This document shows positions 9,401 to 17,103 of a stretch of 64,000 nt of DNA, in pieces. The DNA lies in IMG/VR virus record IMGVR_UViG_3300037762_000038, positions 257-64,256 of that record; one strand, given 5' to 3'. A program made the translations under genes and the position numbers. Source of the stretch: a virus. The notes under the pieces are model-generated. The model ran no database searches and was not told where the DNA came from. It saw only the letters and a program-made list of their open reading frames with translations. How positions within the stretch are numbered: the stretch's first letter is position 1; each line of letters begins with the position of its first letter.

Positions 9401-11375
9401 CGGCGGTGGGCTCGGGAATCTCGGCCGGAAGACGGGACGCCACAAACGAGGTAAGCTCGTTGCGGAACGTCTCGATGTCCTGCTTGGGCAACTTGCCCTT
9501 CATCGCCTTCGCGAATGACTCGTTAAACGACGCCGCGGCGACGGTCGAGTCAGGCTTCGTCATCGCCACCTCGGCGGCACGCTTCAGAGCGGTCGCGAGA
9601 CTGGTAGCCTTCTCCGGTGTCAGCGCACCGCTGGTGCGGAGCCCGCTGACGATGATGTCCACTCCACCTGTGTACGCCTCGACGAATGCCTCGCGACGGT
9701 CGCGGGGAGCCAGCGCGCGCGCAGTCGTGCGCGCTCCGCCAGTAACCGGCACTACGACCGACGGCGCGGCCTTCTCGAATTCCCGCACCGCCTTGGCCTC
9801 CACCTCGCTAAGCAGCAGGCCGCGGCTGCGCTTGATCAGCCCTAGCTGCGCTTCGAGGCTGCCTTTGCTCCGCGCGCCGATCTGCGCTTCATCGAGTACG
9901 CGATTGCCACCGCTTGGTCCAGCGGCTTGCCCGCGGCCTTCTCTGTCCGTACGTTTTGAGAGAATGTAGCCTTTGAAGTTCCCCGTTTTAGCGGCATCGG
10001 TAGCCTCCTTCTCTGCTAGACGAAGAATCTCGTCTTCCTGCGTGGTGATAATTGGGCGCGGCTCGGACACAGGCTGGGCCCGCTCCCCGATCACGATAGG
10101 TGCTACGATGCTGCCCTTCGGCTGATACTCCGGCGTCTCGGCCAGCGTCTTCAAATTCGACTCGCGCTGAGTCAGGCGGTCAAGCTCGACCTGCGCTGCC
10201 TTGATTTCCTTGGCGATGCCTTGCTTCGGACGACCCTCCTTCTTCGGCCCGCGTACTTCCGTCACGAGCCCGGCGATCTTGCCACGCAGATCATCCATCT
10301 GCCCGCGCACCTTGTCGAGCGGTGTGACGATGGGCGCGTCCTCGCGGCCGGACATTGAAATCGAGTCCGCCGTATAGATCAGGCCGAGGTTCTCGGCGTC
10401 GAACGACTGGAATGGCGATGGTGTGGCTGTGGTGTCCGGAACCTGCTCTACCACAGGAGGCGCAGCAGGGGCCCCAGCAGGGGGTGCAGCGGGGACGGGC
10501 GCAGGAGCGGCAGCGCCCATGCCGGCACGGCGGGCAGCGCCCACAGGGCCCCCTACGATGCCGCCCATGAGCGCACCCAGCGCCGCGGCGTTCAGGAAGT
10601 CGCTACGAGCCTCCGGCCCAGTCAGTGGCTGGTCGGCAGCGACGCGCTCGATGCCAGTCTGCGCGACCTCGGTGCCTGCCTCGATGGCCGCGCCGCCAGC
10701 AACGCCGAGGGAAGCACCCTTCAGAATCTCCGTGAGCCCGCGCGCGGGGTTCGCTTGGCGCTTGCCGAACACGCCTAGCATGCGGGCAGCGAGCAACTGC
10801 GGCACCACGTCGAGCGAGCCGGCGAGCGTGCCACCCACGACAGCGCGCGCGGCGGCGTCAGGCAGGCCAGCCTCTACGGCATCAGGGAAGATCGCGCCGG
10901 CTTCTTGCGCGATGGAGGAGGTCGCGAGCCCTGCGGTCATGCCCGCATTGCGCGCGAGCAGCGCTTTCGCAGGATCGGCGATCCCGCGCGCTGCGGCGAC
11001 GCCACCCACACGACCTAGCAGGCCGGCAGCGACGGCGGTCGCCAACTGAGGCACGAGGTAACCCGCGCCGTACTTCGCGAAGTCGATGGCCCCGCTTACG
11101 TCCTCGATATCCTCGACACGCATCGAGGACTCGGCCGACTCCGCGAACGCCCGCTCAGCAGTCTCCAGTCCGAAACGCTTCAGCGGTTCGATGCCGGTCA
11201 GGTCGCCTGCGAGCGCGAGCGCACCGGCCGCGGTACCCTTGAGGGTTTTCGCGCCAGTCTTGAGACCCCTTTTGAACGCGCCCGGAGCGTTAGGGTCTGC
11301 AAATAAGCTGGTTCCGGCTACCGGCTGCGTTACGTCGAGACCTGCGCTCGGCGTGAACAGACTTTGTTCGGCCAT
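3456..11375 (-). CDS. giant internal virion / DNA-ejection-type protein (2639 aa)
   Basis: Single uninterrupted 7.9-kb ORF directly after internal-virion-protein-like genes, in the position of T7 gp16 / P22 ejection proteins. N-terminal Ala/Gly-rich hydrophobic region. Internal HEGYH (HExxH) motif. No tail tube or sheath genes are present, so it is not a tape measure. Confidence 0.8.
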   Translation of the reverse strand: MAEQSLFTPSAGLDVTQPVAGTSLFADPNAPGAFKRGLKTGAKTLKGTAAGALALAGDLTGIEPLKRFGLETAERAFAESAESSMRVEDIEDVSGAIDFAKYGAGYLVPQLATAVAAGLLGRVGGVAAARGIADPAKALLARNAGMTAGLATSSIAQEAGAIFPDAVEAGLPDAAARAVVGGTLAGSLDVVPQLLAARMLGVFGKRQANPARGLTEILKGASLGVAGGAAIEAGTEVAQTGIERVAADQPLTGPEARSDFLNAAALGALMGGIVGGPVGAARRAGMGAAAPAPVPAAPPAGAPAAPPVVEQVPDTTATPSPFQSFDAENLGLIYTADSISMSGREDAPIVTPLDKVRGQMDDLRGKIAGLVTEVRGPKKEGRPKQGIAKEIKAAQVELDRLTQRESNLKTLAETPEYQPKGSIVAPIVIGERAQPVSEPRPIITTQEDEILRLAEKEATDAAKTGNFKGYILSKRTDREGRGQAAGPSGGNRVLDEAQIGARSKGSLEAQLGLIKRSRGLLLSEVEAKAVREFEKAAPSVVVPVTGGARTTARALAPRDRREAFVEAYTGGVDIIVSGLRTSGALTPEKATSLATALKRAAEVAMTKPDSTVAAASFNESFAKAMKGKLPKQDIETFRNELTSFVASRLPAEIPEPTAAPLRGREDVTGLPRQETLFSKAAAKPTVPMVEFTHWGEVPGGVTDPNAMGRGRRGEDWQPARTVGVTYTSAVVKGTAFRETGVTERKQYEGAIPADKVYVANGADPLLAEARREIAVKYGSNEHLTWSLYDKKVKDLGYDAILYGDGQLRIFTPQPVKHVSNNLFDRVLLSMPDETINARAKEIHQRHLATGGSSTYLNSGRDAAGTNGYTVSTFKQREVVLLGQPHPASIASYIRANDDLLSTDTYLMGTWYDPDTNQTYLDVARSVPDLRTALRLGREADQIAILDLRTLTTINLGHPLFDVAQEYNAANGLPPIQELSYIPMDPVMGKQIARAYDQLQDLNPDPAIKDAFDAMALEEEQMFNMVSKHIAIEPWRQEGQPYKDSAAMRADVFGNNHLWVFEGGDPHPYRNPEQVFRGRAVHDLFAHARTGFEFGPNGELNATRMHAQMYSEKALPALIVDNIGQNAWVNFSDANEGLPQAQRAFAAQKVDVLPRSLWDRLLREPTQSRAAAVDRMNRTMEDKGERVFSYLESILGTPKELEVRLVEDLAGGVGALRLSKARAVIELSMNAKDILSVAAHEGYHYLEARVFTGPERRMVREAFANGGPLHALLMEKARAYDRKNGTALADEINAVPAEARAYGFEFWKRGELEVTGVVQRVFAALRRLLERINNYVTGIGFTSYEDIFFAIEKGDYARRELQGMRSGTVDTSYIESIEPDAIPTGALLHRNRDAATKAKGRPAWIKTPADLVKMRRLLKGLTSEGDAAKDWYRRSAQAILAWAGNDKAKAGKLASLVAMYSPRTPVGQDLRHAVQHYAQWEAGQKIDAGGTRHQAEYGNKILDGTGHRDYLDKYTLPGNPDNAPKITSFFKNLMLSIDPVAYPAESQDATIDMWMSHIFGFGSKEGKLTDANYWWADAEIKRLANEMGIAPDQVQAAVWVSIKARGNMTRSLARKQGIDAGWFTRTLAPATVRTDLMGRGGRPTVYKLKPKHEFDYMVNWIRLSLTVPFSKANFDAANYSYAEGFRDVSDGTLPLNRLDFDFEVQAGLFDDIAFGKVTQGELTFYSRAASLADVAQRVREGELPRTQLNAMWAEAVDHPSTPTGLRDSIMGTTTAEAKGALGSLKRFYSEHLSSGLNLARHSAGYKNVFNTMTSYTQRKSRLIADAVERRLSEWTGPGAGTQGDKAVATAALLKRTENAWTTTSPEYMSLRQGLTDKQRAMFDQATTMIAFELDAELKADAATYRTLFANDEQFSQWFSERFEQVQRLKNEGYFPERRYGDHVVHAYVVGPDGKKITVYYTQHEREADARTELNELKQLLPDEGLTFEYGFRYRADYDGSISFGQFLDIARRHGINLTQSEKERIGKALIAADSTRRNRIFRRKDVAGYSPDGMRVLAEFGVTMANKIAYSELGQAMNDSLNGKEVQVQFTPTGEVEINTYERNMWELDGERAGFYRNLADKTLDFTLTPNQANPISRGLRMAASAHFLGGSAAAMMVNMTALPMNTVPWLTQHTSYTDALAKVIGSAKLATQHLGVIRDLPKLLDLSVPMEGIDNVEGLRRALQIAAQDGTILDTEIFQIMGLSRGQEYSLSGRVQGAVRAWMLPFRLSEQFNRVTAFTATYRIGKEKGLTNDQAYKLAQDAVYSTHFRYDEANRPALARSNVGSLFFVFKTYPIFATELMAHLMKTNKTAAVYMMLSYVMMSGLEGLPFVEDIEDIIDVIAQRFFGSPFNTKRAMRNVLKSASEAIVGADLSSVLLHGMANELTGMSFASRVGLGNLIPGTRLGAADADYKRVLSDVLGPVGALIEGVAGGVDSLSRGNFTEAARQALPLSAQNMVKGWQQWEKGYATDIGGRRLVDISGFEAFWQSLGFSPAALAKAYTTDMIDRQTSAFYSRVKVDLTSDLAKALREGDTARMQDIVALITEWNQIYPQMPMAVSASSVRRQVQLASLPLNQRTLLTLPKALRGSSETALGLEDVQ

Positions 11376-12545
11376 TTAGTCGATTCTTCCTTCCTCTCGT
11401 AGACGTGCTAGGACCTGCGCACGAGTCATTTTCTCGATGCGCATGGTATCTTTGATCTGCTTGTCGGTGATCGGCTCTCGCACCGTCGGACGAAGCGCCG
11501 TACCGGCAGCTACATCCGTCACGATGGGGTTACCCATGATGTCAGCGGTAACTTTCTTTCCAGCGCCCAGCGCCGCCTGTACATCCGCAAGGGCTTTGAT
11601 ACGGTCGGACACCGAACCTGCTTCCGCCACCGCGGTCTCGCGCTCCTTGATCGCGCCAGCGGTCGTGGCTGCGCTAAGGCGGCGAGCCTGTGTCTGCGCA
11701 GCAGCAACCCCGCGTTGCTGCGCCACTTGCTGCAAGAAAGGCACCGCATTCGCGAAGATGCCGCCCTCTGTCCCGAGAACGGGAGTCACCGGGGCCGGGG
11801 CTACCACGGCAGCCGCCGCAGGAGCAGCCTCAACGACATTGCCTCGTGAATCGACAGTGACCGCCGGGCGGCTCCCTCTGCGGAACGCGCCTGTACCACG
11901 CTCGGGCACTGCGGTACCACGCATCAGGGCTTCCGCATCGACGGGAGTGCGTGCAGCGGGGGCCCCGGACGCAGCGGCGACGCCACCAGCAGGCTGCGGC
12001 AGGAACGTCTCATTGGTCCCAAACATGCGGTCGATCACCGTCTTCATCGCGACATCCCGACCGGCAGCGAGAAGGTTTCCAACGGTGCCCAGCACTGGAT
12101 TGATCGCCGTAGCGATACCCAGCGGCACGTTGGTGGCCGCGTCGCCGAACTGTCCTTCGGTGGCCTGCTTCACGCCGAGTCCAGCCTGTACTCCACCGAG
12201 TCCGCGGAACAAAAGCCCGGCACCGGTAGAAAGCGCGCGTCCTCCGCCCCGCAACGAACGCATGATGCGCTCGCCGATATTCGGGCGATTGGCCGCGTCA
12301 GCGGTCGCCACAGGTGCAGCGTTCGTCGCGGTCGGGGTCGAGACCGAAGGACCCGCCGGACCGGCCGTAGCTCGGGCAGCGGATTGTGCGGTCGTGTTAA
12401 CGACCGACGGCAACGGCGACGCTGCGGGTGCCGGACCAGCGAGACGGGCGGCACGGACACCTTGCTGGCGCTGCTGGAACTGACGCGCAGCGCGCAACTG
12501 TTCTTCGGTCATGCCCTCCAATGAGAATTCCAGACCATTAGCCAT
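11376..12545 (-). CDS. internal virion protein (389 aa), Ala/Gly/Thr-rich
   Basis: Low-complexity A/G-rich ORF, start-to-stop adjacent with the giant gene. Confidence 0.6.
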   Translation of the reverse strand: MANGLEFSLEGMTEEQLRAARQFQQRQQGVRAARLAGPAPAASPLPSVVNTTAQSAARATAGPAGPSVSTPTATNAAPVATADAANRPNIGERIMRSLRGGGRALSTGAGLLFRGLGGVQAGLGVKQATEGQFGDAATNVPLGIATAINPVLGTVGNLLAAGRDVAMKTVIDRMFGTNETFLPQPAGGVAAASGAPAARTPVDAEALMRGTAVPERGTGAFRRGSRPAVTVDSRGNVVEAAPAAAAVVAPAPVTPVLGTEGGIFANAVPFLQQVAQQRGVAAAQTQARRLSAATTAGAIKERETAVAEAGSVSDRIKALADVQAALGAGKKVTADIMGNPIVTDVAAGTALRPTVREPITDKQIKDTMRIEKMTRAQVLARLREEGRID

Positions 12546-12555
12546 AGTGATCTCC

Positions 12556-14358
12556 TTACTCCTCCGCGACCTGAGCCGCGAGCGTGGTAGTCGAGCCGAA
12601 CAGCGCGCCGAGCACTTGAGAATAAAACGCGGCTCCGAAGGTGGAAGCCTCCAGCCGGAGTTTCGCCTCGGCTGCCTGTGCCTCCACTCGCATTCTGAGT
12701 CCGGCCACCGTGATGTCCGCGGCCTTGATGCTGCCCTGAAGGTTGGCGTTAAGCTCCTCGACCTGCAACTGGTATGCCGATTTCAACGCGTCCACTCCGG
12801 CGGCGAACGCCGTGATGTCCGTCTTGTACACATCGGTGATCGCCCGCAGGTTCTCGGTCTGTGCCAGCAGGTCGCCCTTAAACCCTTCGATCTCACCTTG
12901 GTAGGCGATAAGGCGCGTGCGGGCTTGCTCCACCTCGGCGTTGAGGTTCGCCACCTGCACGTCGGCCTTCACCTTCGCGCCGGTCACCTGCGCGGTGTAG
13001 GCACGAACTTCCGATTCAAACGCGGTGATCTTAGCCGTTTCGCCATCGATCTGCGCTTTGTACATACCGAACTCAGCGACCTTGGCCTGCACCTGCGCGG
13101 TGTAGGCGTCGATCAGCCCGCGGAAGGCTTCGAGACGCGTACGCTCGATATTGGCCTGAATCCCTGCGGCCTCCATGCGGGTGCGATAGATGTTGACCAC
13201 CGCCTGAATCCCCGCGAGTTGAGCGTTGAACGCTTCGACCGCGAGTTTCTGAACGTCCACTTCGAGGCGGGCACCGTCCAACTGGGCCTTGTAAATCTCG
13301 ACCTGCGTCAGCGCGGAACGAATCTTCGTCTCGAATACCTGCGCTTCCACTTGGTACGCAGCCACTCGCGCGTTGTAGCGGGTGATCAACGAGTTGAAGA
13401 CGGCAATCGACATCTCCAGCGTGATCTTAGCGGCGTTCAGCGACCGCTCCATGATTGAGTTGTGGAACCCGATCAGGATGTTCTCCAGTTCCTTCGCCTG
13501 TCCGAGGGCAAACTGTCGTGCCTTCAGGAAGCGATCCGAACGGTCGAGGAAAATCTCCCGGCTAATGCCGGACATCTTGTTCGCAAGCGACTGTTGCGCA
13601 CGGTCGATGGCGACCGTCAGGTCACCCGGCGGGATCGAGAACCCGCGCGCCGCGTGGAATCGAGTCAGTTCATCGACGGCTTGCTGGGATACATCGAACT
13701 CGCGCGCGCGGGCGCGCTCGAACAACGCAAGCTCGTCGGCGACCTCGATACCGAAGCCACCGTTCGCAAGGTCCGAGAGCAGCTTAGCCTTCGTCTCGTC
13801 CAGCAGCGCAGACGAGTACGCCTGCTCGAAGAACTGGAACGTGTTCGTCGGAGCCACTAGATCATCGAATGGGGTCTGCGCATCGAACGTGGGAAGCGAG
13901 ACCGATGGCGGCGACGGCAGACTCGGAAGCAGCACTGTCGGCGCTTCGGGGATCGAGACCTCGGGAGCGTCAGGGATCACCGGGTCCGAAATGCCCGGCG
14001 CAACCGGGGCGATGGGCAGGACCGAGGAAGGCGGCGTCGGCAAGTCCAGCGCCGGAGCCAGCTTCACGAAGTCCAGAACCTCCACCGGGATGACGGGGGT
14101 GAAGTCGATCTCGGGCACCGTGGGCACCGTAGCCGAGATCGTCGGGAACGTGGGACGCACAGGGCGCTGGGCAGCGAGTTCCGACTTCGCGCCGTCGGTG
14201 ATATCCGAACGAAGAAACTGCCCGGAAAAGATAGGAGCTTCGAGGCTCAGGTTCGCCAGACTCGCGACCTGATTGATAAACCCGTCGGCCTGCGCGATGA
14301 AGCTGTTCGCGGTGCTCAACTGGGTGTCAATAATCTCAGGGACGGTAGCCATAGGCAA
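12556..14358 (-). CDS. internal virion / ejection protein with long coiled coil (600 aa)
   Basis: Pro-rich N-terminus followed by extended heptad-like Ala/Gln/Glu-rich helical repeats. Confidence 0.6.
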   Translation of the reverse strand: MPMATVPEIIDTQLSTANSFIAQADGFINQVASLANLSLEAPIFSGQFLRSDITDGAKSELAAQRPVRPTFPTISATVPTVPEIDFTPVIPVEVLDFVKLAPALDLPTPPSSVLPIAPVAPGISDPVIPDAPEVSIPEAPTVLLPSLPSPPSVSLPTFDAQTPFDDLVAPTNTFQFFEQAYSSALLDETKAKLLSDLANGGFGIEVADELALFERARAREFDVSQQAVDELTRFHAARGFSIPPGDLTVAIDRAQQSLANKMSGISREIFLDRSDRFLKARQFALGQAKELENILIGFHNSIMERSLNAAKITLEMSIAVFNSLITRYNARVAAYQVEAQVFETKIRSALTQVEIYKAQLDGARLEVDVQKLAVEAFNAQLAGIQAVVNIYRTRMEAAGIQANIERTRLEAFRGLIDAYTAQVQAKVAEFGMYKAQIDGETAKITAFESEVRAYTAQVTGAKVKADVQVANLNAEVEQARTRLIAYQGEIEGFKGDLLAQTENLRAITDVYKTDITAFAAGVDALKSAYQLQVEELNANLQGSIKAADITVAGLRMRVEAQAAEAKLRLEASTFGAAFYSQVLGALFGSTTTLAAQVAEE

Positions 14359-16218
14359 TTATACCACTCGACGGTACGATTTTTCGGGGTACGGCTGCAT
14401 CTTCTCGATCAGGAAGTCGGACCCATCCACGTTGAGCATCTCGAACTGCCAGTAGGGGGACTTGGGCCCGCGGCCGACCGGCACACGGCGCTCCTGAACC
14501 TCGTCAAGCCCGTTATAGGGGAGGGCGTACACCCGCGCGCCGCCCTGTGAGGTGATGGTCATAAACCGCATGTCGCCATTGGCTCGGAAGTTCGCGTAGA
14601 TGCGGGGCACGCGCTTGTTGAGGCTGGTCCCGAAGCTCTCCTTGCCGGTACGCACGCGCGCGGCGATGGGCGTTCCCGCATCGTCATCCTGCCCAGCATG
14701 CAGGAACAGCCCAGCATCCCCGGCAGACAAGAGCGCGTCACGGAAGATGCCGTAGCTGTTAAATTCGAAGTTGCTGTACTCCGTGAGCGCCTTGCGACGC
14801 AGGTTAAGTACCCATGTACGTGTAGCCGCGGCGATCTCCGAAGTGATGCCGATCTCCACTGTGGGGGTCGGATAGAAGACCGCCATCGTGCCCTCGTACG
14901 GAGGGTAGCCGGCGAGCGCAAACGTAAAGGGGAACTCCATCCCCATCGTTCCGTTCGCGCCAGAGAGTCCAGTCGTGACGAGACGAGGGCGGATGATGAT
15001 CGGCCGCATGTTGCCCAAGTTCTCCGACAAGGCGAACGCGGAGAACCGCATGGTAGCTCGGATTTTCATCGAGCCCAAGGTCTCTTGCTTGCCCGATGCC
15101 GCCATTTGCGGTAGCGGCGTCTTTACTTTAACCGAGCCCACGCCCCCGTTGATGCCCGACATCGACGCACTGATCGGTACTCGGATCGCCAACGTCGGCG
15201 CTGTACGGAGCGCGAGGATTGGCGCGGGCACCTTGAGGTTCATGCCGAAGGCAGTGCCGGCCTGCCCCGTCGCTTGGAAGCGCATAGCGGGCACTGCTAC
15301 AGCTAGCCGATGGAAGAACGCCTCACCGATCATCGCCAATGACACAGCGGGGGTTGTGATCCCAAGAGCCGCGGGAGTGCCCATCGTCATCGTCGCGGCT
15401 GGCGTAGTGATCGCGAGGTCAAGCTGCGCAGGGGAGAACATGACGAGCGCAGGCGTAGGCGTTGTAGCCACGAGTTCAGCGCCGCTATCCATCGCGAGCA
15501 CAGGTGCGGGAGCGTTAATCGCGAACCCGTCTTGACCCATCAAGACCGCGGGCATCGGCGTCGTGGCTGCGAGTTCGGCCCCACCGCCCATCGCGAGCGT
15601 CGGCATCGGCGTCGTGGCTGCGAGTTCGGCCCCACCGCCCATCGCCAATACTGGGGCTGGAACGGTAGCCGCTAGATCATTAACGGCTTCAGCTTCTTCC
15701 CAGCCGGTATAGCCCACGGGTGGCGTATGCGCAAATACGGAAGCGCCAAAATTCGCCGTGATCCGACCGGCAAAGAAGGCTGCAAAAATGGGAGCGAGAG
15801 AGCCGGATAGCCCTGAGAATGCTGTTCCTTGATCTACCCCATTTTTCCAGAAACTCAACGTGCCAGCATCAGCATCCCATAGCATACTAATGACATCGCT
15901 AATAGCCCATGTCGTGCCGTACGCCACGACCGAGCCACCAGTTCTTTTCTGTCCGCCCGGCTCGTAGGTCCAACTGTTCGCGTCTTCGCCGGCATCGGTA
16001 GTGATAACGTGTGTGGCATTAGCGAGGCCAAGACGGGGGGAATCGCTGCCCTCAACCGCGGCATCTTGAGTGAATTCGCAGTATAGCTTTCCGGAATCCT
16101 TAAATAGGGTACCGCGCACATTGTCAAATCCTGCTACGCCGTTACCTTCGGCCGTCAGGTTCCCGTTCGTCAGAACGCATCCGTCGTTATCCGAGGGGTT
16201 CCAAGTAGCGAATGCCAT
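14359..16218 (-). CDS. structural protein (619 aa) with beta-sandwich-like N-terminal domain and tandem 17-aa repeats
   Basis: Contains the repeated peptide TPMPTLAMGGGAELAAT, encoded by a perfect 51-bp tandem duplication at 15551-15652, plus degenerate copies. Confidence 0.6.
   Translation of the reverse strand: MAFATWNPSDNDGCVLTNGNLTAEGNGVAGFDNVRGTLFKDSGKLYCEFTQDAAVEGSDSPRLGLANATHVITTDAGEDANSWTYEPGGQKRTGGSVVAYGTTWAISDVISMLWDADAGTLSFWKNGVDQGTAFSGLSGSLAPIFAAFFAGRITANFGASVFAHTPPVGYTGWEEAEAVNDLAATVPAPVLAMGGGAELAATTPMPTLAMGGGAELAATTPMPAVLMGQDGFAINAPAPVLAMDSGAELVATTPTPALVMFSPAQLDLAITTPAATMTMGTPAALGITTPAVSLAMIGEAFFHRLAVAVPAMRFQATGQAGTAFGMNLKVPAPILALRTAPTLAIRVPISASMSGINGGVGSVKVKTPLPQMAASGKQETLGSMKIRATMRFSAFALSENLGNMRPIIIRPRLVTTGLSGANGTMGMEFPFTFALAGYPPYEGTMAVFYPTPTVEIGITSEIAAATRTWVLNLRRKALTEYSNFEFNSYGIFRDALLSAGDAGLFLHAGQDDDAGTPIAARVRTGKESFGTSLNKRVPRIYANFRANGDMRFMTITSQGGARVYALPYNGLDEVQERRVPVGRGPKSPYWQFEMLNVDGSDFLIEKMQPYPEKSYRRVV
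15551..15652 (-). repeat. perfect 51-bp tandem duplication (2 copies) inside the 619-aa structural gene, encoding TPMPTLAMGGGAELAAT twice
   Basis: Identical copies beginning GGCATCGGCGTCGTGGCTGCGAGTTCGGCCCCACCGCCCATCGC at 15551 and 15602. Degenerate copies lie on both sides. Confidence 0.8.
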
Positions 16219-16290
16219 TAGCGGCTCCTAAATGAAAAACGTGCGACGTGCTTTATACACGCCGCACGTCTTGTCAGAACACGTCCCTGA

Positions 16291-17076
16291 TTACACCGAG
16301 GCCGGAACGGTGACGGTCGCTGTGCTGATGGTCTGAGTCGCATCGACCGCGACGGTCGTGTTCGTCATGTTCAGGTCGGCACCCGAAGTCGCGACGCTGC
16401 CGTCGATGCGGTGGAACACCTCGGCGGAGTCGGCCGCGCCAGCGTCCGCTACCGAGCCAAGGAACCGGAAGTGACCGGCTGTGCCGGCGGCGACGCCGAG
16501 CCCGGACCAGACTTGGCTGGCGAGCTTCGACAAGACGCCCGTCAAGGAGTCGCCGAACAGCAGACCGTTCACAGAGTTCACGCCGCCCGCCATGTTGCTG
16601 TCGGTCTTCGTGATCGTCGTGACGGTCGAGGCAACCACCCAAGTGTTCGGGAAGGTACCGAGACCCGGCTTGGCAGTGATGGTGATAGTCGAGGTCGAAG
16701 TCAACGACGCCTTGAACAGCAGGTTCTTCGGGTTGTTGTTGATCTTGTCGATCACGTCTTGCGCGGTCTGCGCCAGCGACGTATTGAACGGCGTTGACGA
16801 GCCCATGATTTCAAGGGTGTTAACCGTCAGGGTGTCCACGGAACCGGACGCGCCGGTAACGAGTTCGACGCTACCGACCGAGGAAACTTCCAGCGTGTGC
16901 GCGCCGGAGCCGAGGGTGATCGTAGCGAGTAGCGTGCCGGCCGCGGCGTCGTTCGCGCTCGCGGGTTGCGCGCCGCTGCGAAGCTGCAAGCGGCCACCGG
17001 CAAACGCCTGCTTGATGGAACTGCCTTCGTTGATGAAGTTCCGAAGCCCGTCTGAGAAGCGAATGGTCATGGTCAA
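16291..17076 (-). CDS. virion structural protein (261 aa)
   Basis: Ser/Thr/Gly-rich beta-type ORF in the tail block. Confidence 0.55.
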   Translation of the reverse strand: MTMTIRFSDGLRNFINEGSSIKQAFAGGRLQLRSGAQPASANDAAAGTLLATITLGSGAHTLEVSSVGSVELVTGASGSVDTLTVNTLEIMGSSTPFNTSLAQTAQDVIDKINNNPKNLLFKASLTSTSTITITAKPGLGTFPNTWVVASTVTTITKTDSNMAGGVNSVNGLLFGDSLTGVLSKLASQVWSGLGVAAGTAGHFRFLGSVADAGAADSAEVFHRIDGSVATSGADLNMTNTTVAVDATQTISTATVTVPASV

Positions 17077-17103
17077 TCTCCTTTGTTAGATATGTGTAAC
17101 ACT

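Noticed and set aside
3456-11375. Interpreting the 2639-aa protein as a tail tape measure protein
   Set aside because: No tail tube, sheath, chaperone-frameshift pair or baseplate genes accompany it. The surrounding order (portal, scaffold, capsid, internal proteins, giant protein, fibres) matches podovirus internal/ejection proteins instead.
3535-11379. Numerous plus-strand ORFs of 60-350 aa (for example 3535-4593, 4455-5375, 6105-6797, 9406-9969, 10423-11049) antisense to the giant gene
   Set aside because: Arg/Ala/Pro/Gly-rich composition typical of spurious antisense ORFs in high-GC DNA. They fully overlap a continuous 7.9-kb sense ORF and have no RBS or gene-packing logic.
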